Positions 9,033-17,268 are shown, counted from the first letter of the stretch. The stretch is 64,000 nt of DNA from an uncultured Campylobacter sp. (GCA_963519515.1 CAUQNJ010000002.1:51953-115952); one strand, 5' to 3'. Notes: generated by a model not told the origin, from the sequence alone. Numbers and translations are program-made.

Positions 9033-9365
9033 ATGGCTTCTTTTGAATTGCAAGAGAAAAATATTGCACACCGAACATTGGAACGCTATTTATCACCTGG
9101 AGAAATGGTAGATATGCTATATTTTTCTTGTGAGCAGGCTTTGGAAGAGGAATTTAAATTTTGTTTCTTATACTACGAAAGAGATGCACTAAAAGAACTT
9201 ATGGAGCTTATGGATAAATATCTTAAAGACAGCAGCTTACTGGAAGGTATAGGCGAATATCTAGTCTATCACAATAAATCCTGGATAGAGGTCAGGGAGT
9301 TGGCTTTAAAAACAATCCATATTTTCGGATACGATTTAGATGACTTTAACTATGACTTTGATTAG
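9033..9365 (+). CDS. island family C member, N-terminally truncated by a 1-nt deletion (ancestral start ATG 8974)
   Basis: The C-terminal two thirds closely match 11904 and 12338 (LVYHNKSWIEVRELALKTIHIFGYDL). The paralog-type start MQIDGK at 8974 runs into TGA 9031-9033 after a 1-nt deletion relative to copy 11904. Confidence 0.6.
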   Translation: MASFELQEKNIAHRTLERYLSPGEMVDMLYFSCEQALEEEFKFCFLYYERDALKELMELMDKYLKDSSLLEGIGEYLVYHNKSWIEVRELALKTIHIFGYDLDDFNYDFD

Positions 9366-9377
9366 ACTTGGTTCAAA

Positions 9378-9728
9378 ATGCGGTTTCAAATGAATAAAAA
9401 GACATTTTTAACTATTTTATCGGTAATAATCGAAGATGGCGATTATATCTCTTTATGGGAAATCGTTTGGGAATTAAATTCTATTAACATTGCCAATTCG
9501 CTTAAAGTAGCGAAAAAAATTTTATTGTCCTTATACGAGCAAGGTTATATAAGATTGTTTAGTTCAAATTGGGGTTATGATACAGAAACAAAAGAGATAT
9601 GTGATAAATCTGAAATTTTAAATATTTTAAGGGATGATAAAAATTATGAGCCGGTCGGCGTAAATAGCAAATATTTTTGCGTAACAGAAACAGAGCAGGG
9701 AAAAATTTATTATGCAAAACAATACTAA
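9378..9728 (+). CDS. hypothetical small protein (island singleton)
   Basis: 116-aa ORF, tightly packed on the same strand. No recognisable motif. Confidence 0.5.
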   Translation: MRFQMNKKTFLTILSVIIEDGDYISLWEIVWELNSINIANSLKVAKKILLSLYEQGYIRLFSSNWGYDTETKEICDKSEILNILRDDKNYEPVGVNSKYFCVTETEQGKIYYAKQY

Positions 9729-9760
9729 AATGCGAAAAACAATAGTTTGGACGGTATAAA

Positions 9761-10372
9761 ATGAGAGTAAAAGCGCTTGATTTAAATTTAAACCCATATG
9801 TCTATTTCTTTAGCGAAGCGGAAGATTTTAGGTTTAAGATTTTTAAAGATTTTCAAGCCGTGAGCGGGAAAAGATCGCTGGATTTTTATGAGCTTGAGGC
9901 GTTTAGCCTAATGAAAAGCACCGAAGTCTATGAGACCGACTCTATCGCCAGCACATTAATTCATAATTTTAGTTTATGCGATGAGAATGTAAAAGATATT
10001 TTAATAATGCTATTTGGGCAGTTTTATCTAAATAATTTCATAGATACCGACATAAAATATAAAACTAGCGCCAATATAAATTTAAATATGAAAAAATTTG
10101 AAGAATGGAAAATTTTAAGAGAAAATTTCTTTTATAATTTAGATAATTTTGTAGCCCGCTCATACGAACCTCTAAAAAATTATACTCGCGCAGACAGCGC
10201 CTTTTGGGAGGAGCTGGATCGGTGGTGCCATTACAATATGTATATGTTTATCGCAGAATGCGGCAAAAAATATTATGATGAAATTTTAATTCCTAGCCTC
10301 TACAACAAATACGAACACATAGAGGTCGATATCGACGAAGAGGGAAATGTAACGAAGTGGTACGGAATATAA
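9761..10372 (+). CDS. hypothetical protein (island singleton, 203 aa)
   Basis: Longest ORF in the island. Acidic, aromatic-rich, no recognisable catalytic motif. Confidence 0.5.
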   Translation: MRVKALDLNLNPYVYFFSEAEDFRFKIFKDFQAVSGKRSLDFYELEAFSLMKSTEVYETDSIASTLIHNFSLCDENVKDILIMLFGQFYLNNFIDTDIKYKTSANINLNMKKFEEWKILRENFFYNLDNFVARSYEPLKNYTRADSAFWEELDRWCHYNMYMFIAECGKKYYDEILIPSLYNKYEHIEVDIDEEGNVTKWYGI

Positions 10373-10388
10373 AATTTAAGAGAATAAA

Positions 10389-10742
10389 ATGGCGAGAGGA
10401 AGAAAAGCACTTTTACAATCACTTTTTGCTTTAGCATCAATTGAATTTCAAACCAAGTATATTGATAATGCCGATGCAGATGCCGATGTATATACATCGC
10501 CGGAAGAATTACTAGAGGACCTAAGTAGTGCCTGCATAGAGGCGCAATCATTTAAGGAAGAATTTACGCAAGATGAATTAGAACGATGTGAAGTAATGAG
10601 GGATAAGATAAAAAGTCTTCCCAATGAAGATATATATAAAACGCCTCTTTGGGAAAAACTACGTAAAGAAGCGAAAGATTTTTTAAATTTTATGGGTTAT
10701 AATGTAAGCGATATCGACGATAGCATTTTTAAGCAATTTTAA
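10389..10742 (+). CDS. island family C member (divergent)
   Basis: LFALASIEFQTKYID...SPEELLEDL...WEKLRKEAKDFLNFMGYNVSDID aligns with LSLMASLEYQDKYIV...WIEVRELALKTLHIFGYDLGDFD of 11904. Confidence 0.6.
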   Translation: MARGRKALLQSLFALASIEFQTKYIDNADADADVYTSPEELLEDLSSACIEAQSFKEEFTQDELERCEVMRDKIKSLPNEDIYKTPLWEKLRKEAKDFLNFMGYNVSDIDDSIFKQF

Positions 10743-10903
10743 TTTTAGCCTTATGAATTTGTAGTATTAAATTTACATACAATTATAGGGCAAAAGTAAT
10801 GATATTTTAAAAACGCTTTCGATGTTAAAATTTATGAAATATCACGCCGCGCCGTAAAGTGGTCAGAAATTTCTTTGAGACAGGATTAAAGAGTAGGGGA
10901 AAA

Positions 10904-11383
10904 ATGATAGAAGTAGTGATTGACTTTGATGAGCTGCAAAAAGACAGAAGATATATTGATGAGTGGCATGATTATTGCCCCAAAGAAATAGAGCATAAGT
11001 TATACTCATATTTATCCGAAAAGCTGTCTTTACCGCTACGTATCGGTCCTGATGCATTCGCGGACTTCTTTTGGTTTCTACGATTTAAGGAATGGAAAGA
11101 CTACAGCGAGGAAGAATGGGAGCAATATGAAGATAAGGACGAGTGGGAAAGCTATAGCGAATACATCGAAGAAAAAGAAGAAAACTCGAGATATGGGTTA
11201 AAAAATAAGCAAGGCGTTCGAGACGATTTAAAGTTGATTTTCTTAAATTTTAATGCATTTAAGAAAAAATACAGCGATTTGGCTAAACAGCTGCTAGATG
11301 TGATAAAATTTACGCTCTTGGAAACCGTTAAATACCCAGATCACGATGACTTGCTTGATATTCAAATAGAAATTCGAGGCTAG
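10904..11383 (+). CDS. hypothetical highly acidic protein (island singleton)
   Basis: I prefer the ATG at 10904 (AGGGGA RBS) to the GTG at 10859. Contains a W/E/D/Y-rich stretch (EEEWEQYEDKDEWESYSEYIEEKEE). Confidence 0.5.
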   Translation: MIEVVIDFDELQKDRRYIDEWHDYCPKEIEHKLYSYLSEKLSLPLRIGPDAFADFFWFLRFKEWKDYSEEEWEQYEDKDEWESYSEYIEEKEENSRYGLKNKQGVRDDLKLIFLNFNAFKKKYSDLAKQLLDVIKFTLLETVKYPDHDDLLDIQIEIRG

Positions 11384-11460
11384 AAGATTGTGGGGCTACG
11401 ATAATAAATTTAAGTATGTGAAAATTTTAAAAATATATTACGATATAATGCGCGCAAAAC

Positions 11461-11490
11461 CACATCCCAATAAAAGGAAACTCAAATGCA
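11461..11490 (+). repeat. conserved cassette junction J2 (CACATCCCAATAAAAGGAAACTCAAATGCA)
   Basis: 29 of 30 identical to J1. Ends in the start codon of the 11486 ORF. Confidence 0.75.
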
Positions 11491-11914
11491 GAAAAATAAT
11501 GCACAAAAGGCTTTTATCGTCGAGCCTTTATATTGTCTTGCATCGAGAAAACATCAGATTAGATATATAGATAATTCTACTATCGATGAATATGCAACAC
11601 CGGGCGAATTAGTCGAATATGTATATAATCCTCTAGAGATAGCCCAGAGACCGGAATACAAATTTCTATTTACAGAAACGGAATTAAAAGCTATAGCAGA
11701 GTATAAAGAGATGATCGATTATTTTTATAGCAAATATGACTACGATGATATATATGATAATATGCCTGAAATTTGGAAAAAGATAATGGAGAAGTCATTA
11801 AAACTACTGAATATACTTGGTTTCACTCTTGATGATTTTTATGAGTGTGGGGATTTAAAATCCAAAACCAACGAAACCCACATTCCAATAAAAGGAAACC
11901 CAAATGCAAATTGA
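11486..11914 (+). CDS. island family C member (divergent) whose 3' end reads through junction J3
   Basis: LYCLASRKHQIRYID...TPGELVEYV...LKLLNILGFTLDDF matches family C. The last 13 codons (ETHIPIKGNPNAN) are the translated junction repeat, which overlaps the next gene's start at 11904. Confidence 0.6.
   Translation: MQKNNAQKAFIVEPLYCLASRKHQIRYIDNSTIDEYATPGELVEYVYNPLEIAQRPEYKFLFTETELKAIAEYKEMIDYFYSKYDYDDIYDNMPEIWKKIMEKSLKLLNILGFTLDDFYECGDLKSKTNETHIPIKGNPNAN
11879..11908 (+). repeat. conserved cassette junction J3 (CACATTCCAATAAAAGGAAACCCAAATGCA)
   Basis: 29 of 30 identical to J1. Ends in the start codon of the 11904 ORF. Confidence 0.75.
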
Positions 11915-12299
11915 CGGAAGAGAGATATTCTACAAAGGTAGTCTTATGTTTCATTTAAGCCTAATGGCTTCTTTGGAATACCAGGATAAATATATCGTTC
12001 ATCCCACAAAGGACTACTATACATTAGCAGACGAAATAGTAGATTGGCTATGTGATGAATGCAAAAATGCTTTATTGGAACAATTTGAATTTTGCTTCCT
12101 GCCATACGAGAGGGATGCGCTAAGAGAACTTAAGGAGCTCATAGATAAGTACACTGAAGACGACAGTATATTAAAGGGGGAAGAAGATGGCTATTACTTG
12201 GTCTATCAGAACAAATCTTGGATAGAGGTCAGAGAGCTAGCTTTAAAAACTTTACATATTTTCGGATATGATTTAGGCGACTTTGACCTATTATATTAA
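11904..12299 (+). CDS. island family C member (full length)
   Basis: 131 aa, MQIDGREIFYKGSLMFHLSLMASLEYQ...LVYQNKSWIEVRELALKTLHIFGYDLGDF. Close paralog of 12338 and 9033. Confidence 0.65.
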   Translation: MQIDGREIFYKGSLMFHLSLMASLEYQDKYIVHPTKDYYTLADEIVDWLCDECKNALLEQFEFCFLPYERDALRELKELIDKYTEDDSILKGEEDGYYLVYQNKSWIEVRELALKTLHIFGYDLGDFDLLY

Positions 12300-12318
12300 A
12301 CTCACGGAGTCAGCACTT

Positions 12319-12342
12319 AAATAAAAAGGAAACCCAAATGCA
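12319..12342 (+). repeat. conserved cassette junction J4 (partial: AAATAAAAAGGAAACCCAAATGCA)
   Basis: The 3' part of the junction repeat is retained directly upstream of the 12338 ORF. Confidence 0.6.
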
Positions 12343-12727
12343 AATTAACGGAAAAGAGATATTTAGGAAAAGCGGGCTTATGGTTAATCTATGTCGTATG
12401 GCTTCTTTGGAATATCAAGTTGATCATTTGATACATCCTGCGGTTGAATATTACGAAAGCCCATCGGAAATGGTAGAATTTTTATATACCGAATGTAAAA
12501 ATGCCTTATTGGAACAATTTAAATTTTGTTTCCTGCCATACGAAAGGGATGCACTAATGGTGCTTGTGGAACTTATAGATAAAAATTTTAACGACCGCGG
12601 CTTATTAGAGGCAGACGGTTACGAATACCTAGTCTATCATAATAAATCATGGGTAGAAGTCAGAGAGCTAGCCTTAAAGACTTTGCATATTTTCGGCTAC
12701 AAACCATATAGCTTTAACTATGATTAG
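12338..12727 (+). CDS. island family C member (full length)
   Basis: 129 aa, MQINGKEIFRKSGLMVNLCRMASLEYQ...LVYHNKSWVEVRELALKTLHIFGY. Confidence 0.65.
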   Translation: MQINGKEIFRKSGLMVNLCRMASLEYQVDHLIHPAVEYYESPSEMVEFLYTECKNALLEQFKFCFLPYERDALMVLVELIDKNFNDRGLLEADGYEYLVYHNKSWVEVRELALKTLHIFGYKPYSFNYD

Positions 12728-12859
12728 ACCCGGATTAGACTTGGTAGAATGAAATTTATCGTATATATCTTTACTCAGCTGCTATTCCTAAGCGCCTGGA
12801 CTCTGCTTGGTTGTATACAGCGAAAATAAAACCGACTCCACGCAAACGAATAGTTTTAT

Positions 12860-12990
12860 TTCTGGTCGCGCTTGGTTGTGCCGCGTCATACCGTATGCCG
12901 TAACGACGCATCTATTGCCGCCAGACCGTGCTTTAGCCGCTACGTCGCGATGCGCTCTATCGCTATGCCTTAAATCCTTGCACCGAGGCG
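12860..12990 (+). repeat. C-rich/G-poor dispersed element, copy A (short)
   Basis: Shares GCGCTCTATC(GC) (12952-12963) with the reverse complement of 63826-63835, and has the same pyrimidine-rich style as 34620-35020 and 60100-60570. Abuts the stop of the minus-strand gene at 12992. Confidence 0.4.
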
Positions 12991-12991
12991 T

Positions 12992-13879
12992 CTAGATCAT
13001 CTTTCCGATGAGTTTTTCTTTAAATTCCTTGTAAATTTCAGGCCCTGCGTGTTTGTATTCGCTCGTCAGCCTGTTGTGAAATTCCGCCATATCGCCGCCG
13101 CTTTCGCGGTAGAGCTTGATCGCGTTTCGCCTTACGGCGCCGTCTTTTAGGTCGCTATCGTAGGTGATGCTTGCGTATCGCGTCCGCGCGCCGTCCTTGA
13201 TCTCGCGGTAGGCCTCGCAGCCTTTGGCTCTGCCGAGTTTCGCGACGCACGCGGCATAGAGGGCTTGCAGGCTCACGCACTGGGGTATCAGCGCCTCCGC
13301 CGCGGCAAGGTCTGCTTTGGCGATTTTAAAATTTGCAGCCTTTTGTTCCTGTTGCACGGCCTTCGGCTCCTGCTTTGCGGTTTTGGGCTCCTTTTTCGAG
13401 GCTTTTGCCCCTTGCTTTTGGGTTTTTGGCTCTTGCTTTGTAGCTTTCGGCTCCGCTTTTTGGGCTTTTTTCTCCGCTGTGCCGCTTGCTTTGCTTTGTT
13501 TTGCGCTCGCTCCTGCGGCATGCGAGGCTAGACTGATCTTTTCAAATTTAGGATTTTTGCGGTAGTTTAGATCGTTAAAGAATTCTATCACGTCGTCGTA
13601 AAATTTGTCGTTGCTGACGATGCCGATCTTGCCCTCTTGCCCGCAGAGCTTGCCCATCAAAAATACGATGATCTTATCGGCGAAGTCCTTTCTTTGCTTG
13701 CCGATCGTGAAAACCTCGCCTATGCTAACGCCCATCTTGGACAGGCGCGCAAGGGTCAAGGCGTCGATCTTTTTAGCGGTGTTGGAGACGATATTCAGCT
13801 CGTCGCCCTCTTTGAGATTTACGACGTCGAATATATTATCGACGTCGATATTTTCGTCGTCTATGATAAAGCGTGTCAA
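12992..13879 (-). CDS. NYN/LabA-like (PIN-fold) domain protein with a Lys-rich linker and an uncharacterised C-terminal domain
   Basis: The N-terminal approx. 115 aa carry the NYN pattern: RFIIDDENID, FADKIIVFLMGKL and IGIVSNDKFYDDVIEFF. Next comes about 70 aa of (A/E/P)K(Q/T)-rich linker, then an approx. 110-aa helical domain. Confidence 0.5.
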   Translation of the reverse strand: MTRFIIDDENIDVDNIFDVVNLKEGDELNIVSNTAKKIDALTLARLSKMGVSIGEVFTIGKQRKDFADKIIVFLMGKLCGQEGKIGIVSNDKFYDDVIEFFNDLNYRKNPKFEKISLASHAAGASAKQSKASGTAEKKAQKAEPKATKQEPKTQKQGAKASKKEPKTAKQEPKAVQQEQKAANFKIAKADLAAAEALIPQCVSLQALYAACVAKLGRAKGCEAYREIKDGARTRYASITYDSDLKDGAVRRNAIKLYRESGGDMAEFHNRLTSEYKHAGPEIYKEFKEKLIGKMI

Positions 13880-13891
13880 ATTCGATCCTTA

Positions 13892-14182
13892 TTATTCGCT
13901 AAAAAGTCGCCAAAACTCGGGCGCAAATTTCGTCGGCGTAAATTCTATGATCTCGTATTTTGCGACGCCGTTTTGAAAGAACGGATCTTGCGCGATGATC
14001 TCATCAAGCTCCGCGCGGTCTTTGGCGTTGATTAAGATGATGCCGCCCGTGCGAGGGACTTTGCGCCCCGAGCAGATAAATTTATCCGCCGCGAAGAATT
14101 TATCCAAAAACGTGTTGTGCTCGTTGATAAAGCGGTCCGCTTCGCTTGCGTCCTTGACGTAGGTGAGGTTTGCAATAAACAT
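13892..14182 (-). CDS. YciI-like protein
   Basis: I prefer the ATG at 14182 (AAAGGA RBS). MFIANLTYV...FLDKFFAADKFICSGRKVPRTGGIILINAKDRAELDEIIAQDPF...EIIEF is typical of the YCII family. Confidence 0.7.
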   Translation of the reverse strand: MFIANLTYVKDASEADRFINEHNTFLDKFFAADKFICSGRKVPRTGGIILINAKDRAELDEIIAQDPFFQNGVAKYEIIEFTPTKFAPEFWRLFSE

Positions 14183-14261
14183 TTTGATCCTTTGTGAGAT
14201 TTGAAGCGCGATTTTAGCATAAAATTCCAACGGATAAAATTCCCGCTGGAATTTTCGCGCG

Positions 14262-15515
14262 CTACGTTATAAAAAATATCGGCGAAATTCCGATTATCGC
14301 ACAGCCAAGCGCTGCGTATCGAAGCTTAATCGCAGCAAGCGCGCAGATGTTTGCGAGCGCGAAAAGAAGCGGCGGAATTTGCGCCTGAAAGCTCGGCAGA
14401 GCAAAGTTTAAAAACGCAAGCAGCGGCGTATCGAGCGCGCCGCCGAGCCCGAATAGATGCAAAAATATGCTTAGCGGATAAAAGATCACGAACGCGTATC
14501 CTAGCGGCATGACGCTAAGCTGCTGCAGCGAAGCGGTTGGGAAGAAATAATAGACCGCTACGTTCATGCTGAGCCAAACGTAGAGGTTGAAAAGTATGAC
14601 GTTCTGCCAGAGCTTAAATTTAGGCGCGAAATGGTGCAGATAGAGGAAAATATACAGCACGCCGAGGCAGGAGAAATAAAATCCGATCGAAAAGGCCAGG
14701 TGCGGGAAAAACGCAAGCAGAAGCGCGATCGTTAGGAAGAGGTTTGTAAATTTAAGTACGTAGAAATTTCGCATCGCAAGGTAAAACCCCACGCAGCACA
14801 TCACAAGCGAGCGCAGAAAGCTCGGCGTAAAATCAAGCACGAAGAGATACCCGCTCATAAGCACGATCACAAAGACGCTAAGATCGCGCCTCGCGCTGCG
14901 GTACGGAAAGTAGCGATCCTGAAAATAGCGGTAGATCGGCATTGCGAGCAGAAAGACGGTGCTAAAGATAATGCCCAGATGAAAGCCGCTGATCGAGATG
15001 ATGTGCGCTATGCCCCAGTTCGTCACGCTAGTGCGCAGCGGTTTTGAAATTTCGGTCGCAAAATACAGCGCGGAGTAAAGATCCGCCGTCATCTCATCTT
15101 CGTGTTGGGCTCGGACGAACTCTATGGCGCGCCATTTTGCCCCAGAGGGCGCAAGCTCGTCTCCGATTTTAAAATTTGGCGCGTAAAAGCGCTGCTTTAA
15201 AAAATCTAAAAATTTTACGTTTTTGGTTACGATGCCGATATTTACGCGCGCGAAGCGGTGAAATTCCCGCCCGAGCCCGGCAGTCGTGTAGAGGGTGAAA
15301 TCCGCCGTTTTGAGCTTTAGCACCGTGTAGGTGCGGCCGCGCTCGTTGGTTTTGGCGTAGGCGTTTAAAATTTGCGCGTCGTAAAAGACGTAGTTTCTCT
15401 CGCGGAATTCTCTGAATTCATAAAATTTTAGACCTAAGTTTAGCGATAAAATTCCAAGCAAAATGAGCAGAAAGTATAAAATTTCACGTTTTCGGTAAAA
15501 GAGCTGAAGCTTCAC
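14262..15515 (-). CDS. comEC: ComEC/Rec2 DNA internalisation channel (short form without the metallo-beta-lactamase domain)
   Basis: 417-aa polytopic membrane protein with the ComEC core motif HIISISGFHLGIIF. Confidence 0.8.
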   Translation of the reverse strand: MKLQLFYRKREILYFLLILLGILSLNLGLKFYEFREFRERNYVFYDAQILNAYAKTNERGRTYTVLKLKTADFTLYTTAGLGREFHRFARVNIGIVTKNVKFLDFLKQRFYAPNFKIGDELAPSGAKWRAIEFVRAQHEDEMTADLYSALYFATEISKPLRTSVTNWGIAHIISISGFHLGIIFSTVFLLAMPIYRYFQDRYFPYRSARRDLSVFVIVLMSGYLFVLDFTPSFLRSLVMCCVGFYLAMRNFYVLKFTNLFLTIALLLAFFPHLAFSIGFYFSCLGVLYIFLYLHHFAPKFKLWQNVILFNLYVWLSMNVAVYYFFPTASLQQLSVMPLGYAFVIFYPLSIFLHLFGLGGALDTPLLAFLNFALPSFQAQIPPLLFALANICALAAIKLRYAALGCAIIGISPIFFIT

Positions 15516-15646
15516 GGGCGGTATTTAAGTTCGCAGTTCGCGCGACGGAATTTTAAAAGCTCGCGCGCGGCGAAATTTTAAAATTCCAAGGCTCTATGCC
15601 GCACCGTCTCGTAAAAACCGGGCGGTGCGGCATAAATAAGCCCGTC

Positions 15647-17074
15647 TTAGCACGAATAATTCGTCGCAAACTCAAACGGCGTAGGGCGCGCCTCGTAAGG
15701 CCAAACCTGAGTTTCAAATTTAAAATGCTGATAGGTCTCGATAAAAAGCTCGCTCATTATCGGGCGCAGATACTCATTATCGCGGATCACCGCCTCTAGA
15801 CTGCCGCGAAGCGTGTGCGGAAGCTGCTCGATACCGCGCTCGCGGATCTCATCCAGGTGCAGCTTGAATAAATTCTCATCCATCGGCCCGACCGGCTCGG
15901 TTTTGTTTTTGATACCGTCGATGCCCGCCATAAGCATCGCCGCAAATGCCAAATACGGGCACGCGGTGCTATCGGGGAAGCGCATCTCCGCGCGCACCGA
16001 GTGCTCTCCGCTGCCGTAAGGGATGCGGATCGAAGCGGAGCGGTTTTGGCTCGAATAAGTTAGAATCGACGGCGCCTCAAAGCCCGGGATCAGGCGCTTG
16101 TAGCTGTTGGTGCTCGGGTTCGTAAACGCCGCGACGCTGCGCGCATGCTTTAGTACGCCACCGATATACCATCTCGCCGCGTCGCTTAAATTTGCATAGT
16201 TGCCCTTTTTGTAGAAGGTATTTTTGCCCTTTTTCCAGATTGATTGGTGCACGTGCATTCCGCTGCCGTTATCGCCGTAGAGCGGCTTTGGCATAAAAGT
16301 CGCGGTCTTGCCGTTTAGGTGCGCGACCATCTTTACTACGTATTTATATTTTTGCACGTTGTCGGCGGCCTCGACGAGGGTACCGTATTTAACGCCGATC
16401 TCGCCTTGGCCTTGCGCTACTTCGTGGTGGCAGATGAAGGTCTCAAGCCCGATCTGCTCGAGTACCTTTAGCATCTCGGCGCGCAGATCGACCATCGAAT
16501 CGACGGGCTGGACGGGGAAGTAGCCGCCCTTTACGCCCGGGCGGTGACCGCTGTTAAAGCCGTCTTTGTAGTTTTTGCCGCTGTTCCAATGCCCCTCTTC
16601 GGTATCTACCTTAAACATCGCGCAGTTCATATCGTCGATGATCTTTACGTCGTCGAAAACGAAAAACTCATTCTCCGGCCCGAAATAGCAGGTATCTCCA
16701 AGACCCGTAGTTTGTAGAAACTGCTCGGCTTTTTTGGCGATCGAACGCGGGCATTTTTCGTAAAGCTCGTTTTTGTAGATGTCGTAAACGTCGCAGATGA
16801 CGATGATCGTCACGTCAGCGGTGAATGGATCCAAAAACGCCGTTTGCACGTCGGGCTTTAGCATCATATCGGATTTATCGATCGGCTGCCACGCCTCTAC
16901 CGAGCTCGCGTCGAACGGAATTCCGTCTGCAAAATCCTTCGGCAGGCGCTTGTAGTTGTAGGAGACGTGGTGCCAGGTGCCTTTTAGATCGGTAAATCTA
17001 AAATCCACGAACTCGACCTCGTTTTCATCGCAAAATTTAAAAAATTCCTTCACGTCATTAACAAATTTTCCCAT
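15647..17074 (-). CDS. glnA: glutamine synthetase type I
   Basis: I prefer the ATG at 17074 (AAGGAAAAAATATG). Motifs [11 protein letters not shown] and [16 protein letters not shown], plus the C-terminal catalytic domain. Confidence 0.95.
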   Translation of the reverse strand: MGKFVNDVKEFFKFCDENEVEFVDFRFTDLKGTWHHVSYNYKRLPKDFADGIPFDASSVEAWQPIDKSDMMLKPDVQTAFLDPFTADVTIIVICDVYDIYKNELYEKCPRSIAKKAEQFLQTTGLGDTCYFGPENEFFVFDDVKIIDDMNCAMFKVDTEEGHWNSGKNYKDGFNSGHRPGVKGGYFPVQPVDSMVDLRAEMLKVLEQIGLETFICHHEVAQGQGEIGVKYGTLVEAADNVQKYKYVVKMVAHLNGKTATFMPKPLYGDNGSGMHVHQSIWKKGKNTFYKKGNYANLSDAARWYIGGVLKHARSVAAFTNPSTNSYKRLIPGFEAPSILTYSSQNRSASIRIPYGSGEHSVRAEMRFPDSTACPYLAFAAMLMAGIDGIKNKTEPVGPMDENLFKLHLDEIRERGIEQLPHTLRGSLEAVIRDNEYLRPIMSELFIETYQHFKFETQVWPYEARPTPFEFATNYSC

Positions 17075-17268
17075 ATTTTTTCCTTTTTTCCGCCCGTATG
17101 TCGGGCTAAATTTAACGGCGGATTTTAACATTATTTAGTTGAAATTCGACTTTATCTGCGCCGTTTTGCGCGCCGCGATTTTTAAAATTTTACGCCGCCG
17201 AAGCTTTTGAAATTTTAAAATTTCTCGCCGACAGCGCCTTTTTAAATTTAAAGGCGGCCGCCGTAAAT

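Noticed and set aside
6769-12990. Integrase-type genomic island with an att duplication of the tRNA-Lys 3' end
   Set aside because: I looked for a second copy of GGTTCGAATCCAACGCAGGACACCA or a substantial part of it near the right boundary (12.7-13.0 kb) and found none. There is no integrase or recombinase ORF either. I call it an island from composition and content only, not a classical integrative element.
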